This document shows, in pieces, positions 16,486 to 24,921 of a stretch of DNA of 34,349 nt (its first letter is position 1; each line of letters opens with the position of its first letter). This DNA is from an uncultured Muribaculaceae bacterium. GTDB lineage: Bacteria > Bacillota_I > Bacilli_A > RF39 > UBA660. The notes under the pieces were generated by a model that did not search any database, was not told the DNA's origin, and worked only from the letters and a program-made list of their open reading frames with translations. The position numbers were made by a program, and so were the translations under genes. The stretch is from assembly GCA_964418205.1 (NCBI GenBank), contig CAYQKO010000002.1, positions 1 to 34,349 of the forward strand. Reading direction: 5' to 3'.

Positions 16486-17196
16486 CTATAAACTATTCTT
16501 CTTAATTTTATCGTAGTTCCTTGGGTATTTTAAATCTGTTGGGGCAATTTTTTTTATTTTTATAATAGTTCTGTGTCCAGCTTCTTTTGGAAGTTCAAAT
16601 TCTAATATTTTTTCTATTTGACAGGCTAACTTAGAAAAAGCACTTTTAGAAGTTTCTAATTCTTCTTTTACGTTACTTTTCATTGCCAAAAAGTAACCAT
16701 TTTCTTTTATTGCTGGAATGTTTAATTCAAGTAAAATTCTTAATTCTGCAACAGCTCTGGAAGTTACAAAATCATATTCTTCACGATGACATTTTGTATA
16801 GTCTTCTGCACGTGAATATATTGTATTCACATTTTTTAAATTTAATTTAGATATCATTTCTATCAAAAAATTTATCTTCTTATTATTTGAGTCTAGTAAC
16901 GTTACTTGTAGTTCTGGATAAATAATGGCTAATACTAACCCAGGAAAACCTGCTCCTGTTCCTACATCTAATAGTTTTCCTTTTCTTAAATCGCTAATTT
17001 TGGTCAAGGTAATGGAATCATAAAAATGTTTTAAATAAACTTCTTCTTTTGTCTTTATAGCAGTTAGATTCGTATGTTTATTGTATTTTAATAAGAAAGA
17101 TGCATATTCAGCTAATTGATTTAATTGTTCTTTGTTTAAATCAATATTTAATTTTTTAAGTTCACTTATCAATTCATTTTCGGTCATTTTTACCAT
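16486..17196 (-). CDS. rsmG: 16S rRNA (guanine527-N7)-methyltransferase RsmG (GidB)
   Basis: 236 aa with the SAM-binding motif LLDVGTGAGFPGLVLAI and GidB-family length and position after mnmG. Confidence 0.9.
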   Translation of the reverse strand: MVKMTENELISELKKLNIDLNKEQLNQLAEYASFLLKYNKHTNLTAIKTKEEVYLKHFYDSITLTKISDLRKGKLLDVGTGAGFPGLVLAIIYPELQVTLLDSNNKKINFLIEMISKLNLKNVNTIYSRAEDYTKCHREEYDFVTSRAVAELRILLELNIPAIKENGYFLAMKSNVKEELETSKSAFSKLACQIEKILEFELPKEAGHRTIIKIKKIAPTDLKYPRNYDKIKKNSL

Positions 17197-19045
17197 ATTC
17201 TTTCTTTAAATATACGCTTAATATTGCTATGTCACTTGGATTTACACCACTGATGCGAGTAGCTTGTCCAAGAGAAATTGGTCTAATTTTTTCTAATTTT
17301 TGACGAGCTTCAGAGGCTAAGTTTTTTACTTTACTGTAATCGATGTCAGAAGGAATTTGTTTTTCTTCTAATTTATTCATTTTCTCTACTTCTTTGTACG
17401 TTTTTTTAATATATCCTTCATATTTAATCATGATTTCTATTTCATTTTTTGCTTCCTTATCAAATGGAATCCATTCAAATTTTTCTAAAAAGTCTATGGT
17501 GATTTCAGGCCGTTTTAATAATTCATAAAAAGTTTCTGTAGTGGTTAATAACGACTTGTTTTCTTTTTTAAAAATTTCATTTGTCTCAGGAGTTTTCTTT
17601 AGTTTTGTGTTTTTTAAAAAATCTGTACAATTTTCTAAATTTGTTTTTCTTTTTAAATAATTTTGATATTGGGTTTCCGTAATTGTTCCTTTTTGATAAG
17701 CATATGGTCTTAGTCGAAGATCTGCGTTATCATGTCGTAAAATAAGCCGAAACTCTGCTCGTGATGTTAGCATTCGATATGGTTCCTTAGTCCCTTTGGT
17801 TACTAAATCATCAATCAATACTCCAATGTAAGCATCGTTTCTTTTTAAAATCAATGGTTCTTCTTTTTCTAATTTTAAACTTGCATTGATGCCCGCGATT
17901 AATCCTTGACCTGCGGCTTCTTCATAACCACTGGTGCCATTAATTTGACCAGCAGTATATAAATTTTCCATGATTTTATTTTCTAGAGAAGGTTTTATTT
18001 GTAATGGATTTATAGCATCGTATTCAATGGCATAAGCATATTTTGAAATAATTGCATTTTCTAAACCAGATAAGGAATGGACCATTTGTTCTTGAATATC
18101 TCTTGGCATAGATGTAGAAAATCCTTGTAAATACCACTCGTCATAGTAAAGACTTTCTGGTTCTAAAAATAATTGATGTCTTTCTTTGTCTTTAAATCTT
18201 ACAAGTTTATCTTCTATACTTGGACAGTATCTAGGTCCTACTCCTGTGACATAGCCTCCATACATAGAGGATTTATCTAAATTATCTAAAATGATTTTGT
18301 GAGTTTTTTCGTTTGTATAAATCAAATAGCATTTTTGTTGTTCGCTTGGAAGATAAGTCGCAGGTTCGTCATGAGAAAATGTCCATATTTCTTTATCGCC
18401 TTTTTCTTCTTGCATTTTGGAAAAGTCTATTGAAGATGCTTTGATTCTTTGAGGAGTTCCAGTTTTTAGTCTTTGAATTTCTAAGCCATATTTTTTTAGA
18501 TTATCACTTAAATGGTTGCTTCTTCTTTCCCCATGAGGTCCTCCTTCTGTGTTTTCCGCTCCAATTAAAATATTGGCTTTTAAATATGTTCCTGTTGTTA
18601 GGATAACTGCTTGAGCATGTATTTTTTCCCCATTTTCTAAAACGACTCCTTTTACTTGCTTCTTTTCGATAATAAGATCTTCAACCATTCCTTCTAATAT
18701 TTCTAGGTTGGCTGTATTTTCTAAAGCAGTCAACATATTTTTAGGATATGTTATTTTATCTGCTTGAGCTCTTAAAGATCGAACAGCGGGTCCTTTGGAA
18801 TTATTAAGCATTTTTATTTGAAAATGCGAACGGTCTGCGATTCGTCCCATTAAGCCACCTAATGCATCTATTTCTCTTACTATAATCCCTTTCGCTGTCC
18901 CTCCAATTGAAGGATTACAAGGCATATCTCCTATGTTTTTTTTATTCATTGTTATAAGAAGTGTTTTATGTCCTTTAAATGCTGAGATGTGACTCGCTTC
19001 AATACCTGCATGTCCTCCTCCAACCACAATAATTTCATAATTCAT
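17174..19045 (-). CDS. mnmG: tRNA uridine 5-carboxymethylaminomethyl modification enzyme MnmG (GidA)
   Basis: It has the FAD motif VVGGGHAGIEA, the conserved GPRYCPSIEDK, and a C-terminal ISGVNPSDIAIL. An AGGTGA SD precedes the ATG at 19045; the track start at 19054 is GTG. Confidence 0.95.
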   Translation of the reverse strand: MNYEIIVVGGGHAGIEASHISAFKGHKTLLITMNKKNIGDMPCNPSIGGTAKGIIVREIDALGGLMGRIADRSHFQIKMLNNSKGPAVRSLRAQADKITYPKNMLTALENTANLEILEGMVEDLIIEKKQVKGVVLENGEKIHAQAVILTTGTYLKANILIGAENTEGGPHGERRSNHLSDNLKKYGLEIQRLKTGTPQRIKASSIDFSKMQEEKGDKEIWTFSHDEPATYLPSEQQKCYLIYTNEKTHKIILDNLDKSSMYGGYVTGVGPRYCPSIEDKLVRFKDKERHQLFLEPESLYYDEWYLQGFSTSMPRDIQEQMVHSLSGLENAIISKYAYAIEYDAINPLQIKPSLENKIMENLYTAGQINGTSGYEEAAGQGLIAGINASLKLEKEEPLILKRNDAYIGVLIDDLVTKGTKEPYRMLTSRAEFRLILRHDNADLRLRPYAYQKGTITETQYQNYLKRKTNLENCTDFLKNTKLKKTPETNEIFKKENKSLLTTTETFYELLKRPEITIDFLEKFEWIPFDKEAKNEIEIMIKYEGYIKKTYKEVEKMNKLEEKQIPSDIDYSKVKNLASEARQKLEKIRPISLGQATRISGVNPSDIAILSVYLKKEYGKNDRK

Positions 19046-19054
19046 TTTGTTCAC

Positions 19055-20410
19055 CTACTTTCCTAAACAAAATCTGGCAAAAATATTGTCAACTAATTCT
19101 TCTTCGTAGTAATCTCCTATGATTTTACCTAAATTTTCCCATGCTTCCTTTATTTCAATTGCTAACATATCTACTGGAACATCTTTTTCATTTTCTTCTA
19201 TTACGTGTTCTATATTTTCAAGGGCTTTCCTTGCTAAACTGATTTGCCTTGTGTTGGATAGATATGTTAAATTTTTCGTACCTAAATCTATTAACGCAAA
19301 TTCCTTTAAAATTGTTTCTTTGATTTCTTCGATTCCTTCTTTATTTTGCGTATTTCCTATGATTATTCTTTTTGCAGTTTGAGGTTCTGTTAATTTCTTT
19401 TCTAAATCATTTTTGTTCATAAAAATTAAGCCTTTTTTCTTTTCTAATTCTTGTAGTAATGCTTTATCTTCTTCACCAAGTTCTTCGTTATAGTTTAATA
19501 CTAATATTGTAAAGTCTGCTTCCCTCATCATTTTTTTACTTTTTTCTACACCTATTTTTTCAACTATGTCATTTGTTTTTCTTATACCTGCTGTATCAAT
19601 AAAGTTTAGTAAAATTCCTTTGTAATTGATGTTACCTTCTACGATATCACGTGTTGTTCCTGAAATGTTAGTTACAATGGCTTTTTCTTGTTCTAATAAG
19701 GCATTTAATAAAGATGACTTGCCAACATTTGGTTTTCCAATAATGGCAATATTGAGTCCATTTTTTATTAATTTTCCATTTCTGGACTCATCTAAAATTG
19801 TTTTTAAACTGTTTTTAATTTCAGTCAGTACTGGCAAAATGTTTGCTTTGGTAATTTGTAATTCATCTATATACTCTGGATAATCAATATTAACTTCTAT
19901 ATTAGCTAGTAAACTAACCATTTTTTCTCGTAAATTTTTGATTAATTCTGTAGTTTTTCCAGTAAGCCCTTGCATAGCCATCTTAGCTTGTTCAGCAGTC
20001 TTGGATTCTAATAAATCATTTACGCTTTCTGCTTCTAGTAAACTAATACGTCCATTTAGAAAAGCTCTTTTTGTAAATTCGCCTGGCTCGGCTAAAACTG
20101 CACCATTTATAAGAAGTAATTCTAAGATTTTATTCGTTGTAATGTAGCCTCCATGACAGTTAATTTCAACAATATCTTCGGTAGTATAGGTCTTAGGCGA
20201 ACGCATTAACATGACTAATACTTCGTCTATTTTTTCTTTGTTATCTAAAATAAATCCATAGTGAATGGTGTGACTGTCTGCTGTTAATAAACTTTTGTTA
20301 GAAAAAATTTTACTAACTATTTGGATGGCTTCTGGTCCGCTTACTCGAACTATATTAATAGCAGAACTACCTATGTTATTTGTAGAAATTGCAGCGATTG
20401 TAGAATTCAT
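19055..20410 (-). CDS. mnmE: tRNA modification GTPase MnmE (TrmE/ThdF)
   Basis: The G-domain has G1 GKPNVGKSSLLN, G3 DTAGIR and G4 NKND. The C-terminus carries the invariant CLGK motif. Confidence 0.95.
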   Translation of the reverse strand: MNSTIAAISTNNIGSSAINIVRVSGPEAIQIVSKIFSNKSLLTADSHTIHYGFILDNKEKIDEVLVMLMRSPKTYTTEDIVEINCHGGYITTNKILELLLINGAVLAEPGEFTKRAFLNGRISLLEAESVNDLLESKTAEQAKMAMQGLTGKTTELIKNLREKMVSLLANIEVNIDYPEYIDELQITKANILPVLTEIKNSLKTILDESRNGKLIKNGLNIAIIGKPNVGKSSLLNALLEQEKAIVTNISGTTRDIVEGNINYKGILLNFIDTAGIRKTNDIVEKIGVEKSKKMMREADFTILVLNYNEELGEEDKALLQELEKKKGLIFMNKNDLEKKLTEPQTAKRIIIGNTQNKEGIEEIKETILKEFALIDLGTKNLTYLSNTRQISLARKALENIEHVIEENEKDVPVDMLAIEIKEAWENLGKIIGDYYEEELVDNIFARFCLGK

Positions 20411-20432
20411 AATACCTCTTCTTTCGGACGTT

Positions 20433-20441
20433 ATTATAACA
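20433..20441 (-). promoter_or_regulatory. extended -10 element (TGnTATAAT) upstream of mnmE
   Basis: The minus strand reads TGTTATAAT (20441-20433), about 22 nt upstream of the mnmE ATG and downstream of the terminator hairpin at 20493-20511. There is no good -35. Confidence 0.4.
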
Positions 20442-20487
20442 TGTATTTAAAAAAAATAATACTATTCTCTATCCATTTTTCACAATG

Positions 20488-20511
20488 AAAAACTTGAATA
20501 TTTCATTCAAG
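20488..20511 (-). terminator. rho-independent terminator after the 541-aa orphan gene
   Basis: The minus strand reads CTTGAAT-GAAAT-ATTCAAG followed by TTTTTCATT: a 7-bp stem (20493-20499 / 20505-20511) starting 8 nt after the stop codon. Confidence 0.6.
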
Positions 20512-20519
20512 CATTTTTT

Positions 20520-22145
20520 CTATGAATTTTTAAAAAGTAAATAATAAGCTATAAATTCTTTTGTTTTTTCATTATCTATTTCTTTTATATTTTCTTTGAT
20601 TTCTTTGATTTCTTTTAAAATATTTGGATGACGTTCTTTTTCAAACAGTAATGCATATCCATTTGCAAAGGTCATATTATTTATTGTAATTAGAGTCGTG
20701 AACATATAGTTTTTCAAAATGTCTTTTGAACTACTGGATAAAGATATATCATATATTTCATATGTTTTATTTGTTTTTATGTCTTCTAATTTCACCTTTC
20801 CTTTTTTTGGATTTAATTCTTTTATTTGAAAAAGCGTCTCTATTAAAGTATCTTCTACTTGCCAGGCATAGGAATACGCTTTACTCAAAACATTTAATTT
20901 TTCTTGTACATATTTTGAAAAAGGGATGATTTGATTTTTTTCTAAAGCATGAAATATAATAAAATTATCTAAAATATTGCCTTGTTCAAGATTTGGTTCC
21001 ACTTTATATTGAGTACATAATGATTGATATTTTTTAAATAATTCCAAATTATCTTTTACTAAGTATTGAGCACAGCCTTTTACTAGTTCGTCTGTTTCTT
21101 CTCTCAAACTTTGGTATTCTTCAATTTCTTCTTTGTTTTCTAAGTTTGCATAAGTTTTTTTGTATTTTTCTTCGTAATGTTTCTTTGTTATCATCCTTGT
21201 ATATTCTTTTGGTGTATATCCTTTTAAAGCAACAGATGGCATATTATCTATAATATTATAGAGTAAGTTTCTTATGTTTTCTAATTGTTCTGATGTGATT
21301 TTTCGATTTTTTTGTTTGATATATTTCTCTATTTTAGTAACATTATAAACTAAAATAGAACATCTCATAATTTCTTCTACAATATATTGTAGGGAATAAC
21401 CTTCTTCTTCTGCTAATACTTCTAATTGGTGAAGGTCTTCTTTTTCTACAGTATAAAATGGATTATCAAAGTAATCTAATAAATCCTCTAGGGAAACAAT
21501 TTTGTAATCAAGTGTCTGATAGTATTTGTAATTCATCATAAATTCTTCTTTTAAACTTCTATAATCTTGATAAATCCAATAAGATTTCTTTTGTTGATTG
21601 TATTTAAAGGCATAGAAATGAAAATACGTACTCTCGTTGATTATAGTCTGAAATAAATTTTTTTCTATTTTCATGTAGTTGTTTATGATTTCAAAAAATT
21701 TTGTTTCTTCTAATATTCCATAGAATTTTATTATCATTACTAATAACAAATTTACTGCATCAGTATCTAGTTTCGATTGCTTTTTTCTTTTTTTTACTGT
21801 TTCTTTTACGTTTTTTGCTATTTCTTGTGGAATATGTATTTTCTTTGTTATTGGATCTTCAAAGACAATATATTTATCTAATAATTCAATTAATTCTGGA
21901 CCGTATTTCTTTTTGATAATTTTAAAATATGTCATTTTCTTTTTGATGATTTTTGATAATAATTCTAATTCTGCAGTATTACAAATTTTGTTTATTGCTT
22001 CTTTTTGATTGTAAAAATCAATAATATCTTGAATCATCTGTTTTTTTGTAATTTTTTCGTAATCTTGATAATTAGAAATAATTCTAATGTATGTACTATA
22101 TATTGTAGATTTGTCTTCATTTTTTAAATATTCTTGATAAGTCAT
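20520..22145 (-). CDS. hypothetical 541-aa soluble protein with no recognisable domain, inserted between jag and mnmE
   Basis: It is a long uninterrupted frame in AT-rich DNA. A GGAG SD lies 6-7 nt upstream of the ATG, with a 28-nt gap after the jag stop. There is no TM segment, signal peptide, Walker A or Cys/His cluster. The sequence is K/E/Y/N/I-rich. Confidence 0.75.
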   Translation of the reverse strand: MTYQEYLKNEDKSTIYSTYIRIISNYQDYEKITKKQMIQDIIDFYNQKEAINKICNTAELELLSKIIKKKMTYFKIIKKKYGPELIELLDKYIVFEDPITKKIHIPQEIAKNVKETVKKRKKQSKLDTDAVNLLLVMIIKFYGILEETKFFEIINNYMKIEKNLFQTIINESTYFHFYAFKYNQQKKSYWIYQDYRSLKEEFMMNYKYYQTLDYKIVSLEDLLDYFDNPFYTVEKEDLHQLEVLAEEEGYSLQYIVEEIMRCSILVYNVTKIEKYIKQKNRKITSEQLENIRNLLYNIIDNMPSVALKGYTPKEYTRMITKKHYEEKYKKTYANLENKEEIEEYQSLREETDELVKGCAQYLVKDNLELFKKYQSLCTQYKVEPNLEQGNILDNFIIFHALEKNQIIPFSKYVQEKLNVLSKAYSYAWQVEDTLIETLFQIKELNPKKGKVKLEDIKTNKTYEIYDISLSSSSKDILKNYMFTTLITINNMTFANGYALLFEKERHPNILKEIKEIKENIKEIDNEKTKEFIAYYLLFKNS

Positions 22146-22173
22146 TTGAACTCCTTTATTTGAAAAGACAGAG

Positions 22174-22779
22174 TTATTCTGCCTTGATTACTACGTGTCT
22201 ATTTGGTTCTTCGCCTACGCTTGTGGTAGATACTCCTTTGAAATTAGCAAGTTTGTTATGAATAATTCTTCTTTCGTAAGAATTCATATTTTCAAGTTCT
22301 GCATCCATTTTTGTTTCACGTACTTCTTTTGCAATTCTTATTGCTAAACGTTCTAAAGACTCTACTCTTTTTTCTTTATAGTTTTCTACATCTAAAATTA
22401 TTTTAAAAGCTACTTTCCATTCATTGCTAACATAAGCTCTGCATAAAGTTTCTAAAGATTTTAATGTTTGACCATTTTTTCCGATTAGGATAGCGTTGTT
22501 ATCCGAATACATTGTAATTTCAAATGTGTCATTTTGTATTCTAGTTTCAAACTGGATATTTACTCCTAGTCCTTCTATAATTTTTTTTAAATAATCCTTT
22601 ATTTCATCTAGTAAATCTTGGTAGGAAATTGCAGTTATCTTGTAGGTTGTTCCTTTAAATAAACCGCCTTTGATTTCTTCTTTTTTATATAAGATATTTT
22701 CCGTATGTAAATCATTTTTTGCAGTTTCAATTGCTTCTAATAAATTTTTTGATTCTGTTACAACTGGCATTTTTATCAC
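22174..22779 (-). CDS. khpB: Jag/KhpB RNA-binding protein (Jag_N, KH and R3H domains)
   Basis: It has the KH-like GKNGQTLKSLE and the R3H domain YERRIIHNKLANFKGVSTTSVGEEPNRHVVI. It sits downstream of yidC, as in all Firmicutes. The start is either GTG at 22779 (overlapping the yidC stop) or ATG at 22770. Confidence 0.9.
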   Translation of the reverse strand: MIKMPVVTESKNLLEAIETAKNDLHTENILYKKEEIKGGLFKGTTYKITAISYQDLLDEIKDYLKKIIEGLGVNIQFETRIQNDTFEITMYSDNNAILIGKNGQTLKSLETLCRAYVSNEWKVAFKIILDVENYKEKRVESLERLAIRIAKEVRETKMDAELENMNSYERRIIHNKLANFKGVSTTSVGEEPNRHVVIKAE

Positions 22780-23807
22780 TTCTTTTCTTTTTTACTTTTT
22801 TTCTCTTTGTGTTTTACATCAATTACTTTTTTATTTTTTGTTTTGTTTTTTGGTTTATCTTCATTATCTAATATTCTTTTAATTAACATATTTTGGAAGA
22901 CTGCAAAACCATTTGTTACAATCCAATAAAAGGCGATCGCGGTTGGTAATGAGAAAGATGCAATGGAAATACTTACAATCATAAACATGAACATTATATT
23001 CATTTGTTTCATCATTTCATTATCTTGTGCAGATTTCATTGAGTTTTTGAAAGATATATATGTTGTCACGACAATTAAGAAGATTAAGATTATGTATATA
23101 TATTGTCCTTCTGCTAACCCTTTCCATGGTGTCATTCCTAAATTCATTCCAAATAAACTTCCTTCGAAAATTGCTGGAACTTTATTTATTGCCGATAGAA
23201 AAGCAAAGAATAAAGGAATTTGAATTAAAGCAACTAAGCAGCCTGAAACTGGATTGATTTTATATTTTTGGTATATCAACATCATCTCTTGACTTTTTGC
23301 CATCATAGCATCGCTGTCAGTTTTTCCAGCATATTTTTTTTCAATCCTAGCAATTTCTGGTTGAATTTTTTGCATGATATTTGATTGTCTCATACTTTTC
23401 AGTGAGAATGGTAATAGAATTAATCGAATTAATATGCCTAAAACCATAACGGATAACCCAAAGTTATTAAATAAGAAGCCAACTTTTAATATTAAATAGG
23501 CAAGAGGTCTTACGAGGATTGCCTGCCATAGTCCGTTATAAGCATTTGAAGTTGGGGTAAACTCTTCACAAGTAGGTAAATCACTCACTTTTGTTTCAAG
23601 CTGACTTTCATTTTCCTCATAAATTTTATACAATTCCGAATCCTTTTGTGGTTGACATAATATGTCTTTTTGAACACTTTGACCAGTAGTTTCGTTTACT
23701 ATGATATTTCCATTTTCGTCTTTTAAGTAATTGTTATTCCCACAACCACTAGCAAGACCAATTACTAATACTAGTATTACGGCTAATATTTTATTTTTTT
23801 GTTTCAT
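22776..23807 (-). CDS. yidC: membrane protein insertase YidC/SpoIIIJ (lipoprotein type)
   Basis: It has a lipobox (LASGCGN), the 60-kDa inner-membrane-protein core (LPFSLKSMRQS..MQKIQPE, YKINPVSGCL..LIQIPLFFA), and a Lys-rich C-terminal tail. It overlaps the rnpA stop by 17 nt. Confidence 0.93.
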   Translation of the reverse strand: MKQKNKILAVILVLVIGLASGCGNNNYLKDENGNIIVNETTGQSVQKDILCQPQKDSELYKIYEENESQLETKVSDLPTCEEFTPTSNAYNGLWQAILVRPLAYLILKVGFLFNNFGLSVMVLGILIRLILLPFSLKSMRQSNIMQKIQPEIARIEKKYAGKTDSDAMMAKSQEMMLIYQKYKINPVSGCLVALIQIPLFFAFLSAINKVPAIFEGSLFGMNLGMTPWKGLAEGQYIYIILIFLIVVTTYISFKNSMKSAQDNEMMKQMNIMFMFMIVSISIASFSLPTAIAFYWIVTNGFAVFQNMLIKRILDNEDKPKNKTKNKKVIDVKHKEKKSKKEKK

Positions 23808-24138
23808 TCGTTTCTCCTTTTGTTTTTAATAAATTTTGAAAACTATCCTTTAATTCCTGAAAAGAAATGTTTTTGGTGTTTTCTTTCATTATTATAATAT
23901 AATCTAAATTATTCGGCAATGACTTTTTTGTTTCATCTATGATTACACGCATTCTTCTTTTTAATTTATTTCTTGTAACGGCATTTCCTAATTTTTTTGA
24001 AACTGCTATTCCAAAATGTGCATAAGTATATTTGCTTCTTCTTATATATATAACAAATTCTCTATTTTTTATATATTTGGAGGTATGAATTATTTCACTA
24101 AATTCTTTATGTGATTTTATCATTTCTATTTTTTTCAT
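23791..24138 (-). CDS. rnpA: ribonuclease P protein component
   Basis: 115 aa and basic, with the RNR motif region KKLGNAVTRNKLKRRMR. It lies directly downstream of rpmH. Confidence 0.92.
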   Translation of the reverse strand: MKKIEMIKSHKEFSEIIHTSKYIKNREFVIYIRRSKYTYAHFGIAVSKKLGNAVTRNKLKRRMRVIIDETKKSLPNNLDYIIIMKENTKNISFQELKDSFQNLLKTKGETNETKK

Positions 24139-24151
24139 GTTGAACTCCTTT

Positions 24152-24181
24152 CAAAAAAAAATTCCACATAAAAATTGTGGA
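24152..24181 (-). terminator. hairpin plus U-run between rpmH and rnpA (attenuating terminator)
   Basis: The minus strand reads TCCACA-ATTTTTA-TGTGGA followed by ATTTTTTTTT. The 6-bp stem (24163-24168 / 24176-24181) begins right at the rpmH stop. Confidence 0.5.
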
Positions 24182-24307
24182 TTATTTGCATAACACTTTG
24201 CGTCCTTTTTTTCTTCTACTTTTTAAAATATTTGTTTCTTTACGAGCAAAGAATCCATGCTTTTTAGCTTTTTTTCTTTTATTTGGTTGATAAGTTCCAA
24301 CTTTCAT
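24182..24307 (-). CDS. rpmH: 50S ribosomal protein L34
   Basis: It is not in the ORF track because it is too short. The reverse complement translates to MKVGTYQPNKRKKAKKHGFFARKETNILKSRRKKGRKVLCK*, which contains the L34 signature TYQP-KRKR-K-HGF ... GRKVL. An AAAGGAGGG SD lies 7 nt upstream. Confidence 0.9.
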   Translation of the reverse strand: MKVGTYQPNKRKKAKKHGFFARKETNILKSRRKKGRKVLCK

Positions 24308-24337
24308 AATTTTCCCTCCTTTGCTTAAAGCTCCCTT

Positions 24338-24367
24338 ATTATAATATTAAAATATTCAAAAAGTCAA
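24338..24367 (-). promoter_or_regulatory. sigma-A type promoter for rpmH-rnpA
   Basis: The minus strand reads TTGACT (24367-24362), an 18-nt spacer, then TATAAT (24343-24338), about 30 nt upstream of the rpmH start. Confidence 0.5.
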
Positions 24368-24576
24368 TGATTAGTTGATTCACTTAAAAATGGACGTTCT
24401 TTGGACAAGTAAATGTAATCGATATATTAGGTTCTTCCAAAATTTTCACACTCACTCAATCAAAAATCATTGTTTTTCCAAGTGTTTCTGAGGATTTATA
24501 ATGACTTTTTTTCATATTTTATTTAAGTCACATTATTCTTTTTAACTACTTTATAATAAAGAAAGATCTGTTTCAT

Positions 24577-24840
24577 TGTGAATAACTTTTTGATTTAGAA
24601 ATACGTTTGTTAATCATATAAAGAGTTTTGTGAATAATTATTCACTTTTTTTGATACTCTTAAAGCTTTTTAAATAACCGTTTTTTTCTTTTTTTCCACA
24701 TATTCACATATATGTGGATAACTTTTATGCACATATTCAGATTATTCACATGAATAAAAATATTAAAATGTGGATAATGTGGATAAGTGCTTTTTAGTGT
24801 GGTAAATACTAAGGAAATTTTGTTGATAACTTGTGGATAG
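24577..24840. other. oriC, upstream DnaA-box cluster
   Basis: Perfect TGTGGATAA boxes occur at 24713-24721, 24769-24777 and 24778-24786; the last two abut. One-mismatch boxes are TGTGAATAA (24577-24585, 24629-24637), TTTTCCACA (24692-24700), TTATTCACA (24742-24750), TGTTGATAA (24821-24829) and TGTGGATAG (24832-24840). There is a 16-bp palindrome GTGAATAATTATTCAC at 24630-24645. The cluster sits at the rpmH/dnaA divergence. Confidence 0.9.
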
Positions 24841-24921
24841 TGTGTTAGTATAAATTTTGTCCTTTTCATTAGAGAAAAAAAAGTGTAGAATATTGTTAAC
24901 AAAAGCAAGCGGGGTGGTGGA

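Noticed and set aside
16797-16812. A CACGTG-cored sequence inside rsmG (TTCTGCACGTGAATAT) and another in mnmE (around 19638-19652), considered as degenerate parS sites.
   Set aside because: Each has at least 5 mismatches to TGTTNCACGTGAAACA and lacks palindromic arms. These are most likely chance occurrences of the 6-mer.
24660-24908. An 82-aa minus-strand ORF in the rpmH-dnaA intergenic region (contains YPHYPHF, HVNNLNMCIKVIHIYVNMW).
   Set aside because: It runs straight through the DnaA-box cluster, and its odd repetitive peptide is simply the translation of repeated TTATCCACA-like boxes. It has no SD. This is oriC, not a gene.
24840-24921. A dnaA promoter call (TTGTCC ... TAGAAT).
   Set aside because: The spacing between the best -35-like and -10-like hexamers is 23 nt, or 15 nt with an alternative -35. 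No assignment is defensible without TSS data.
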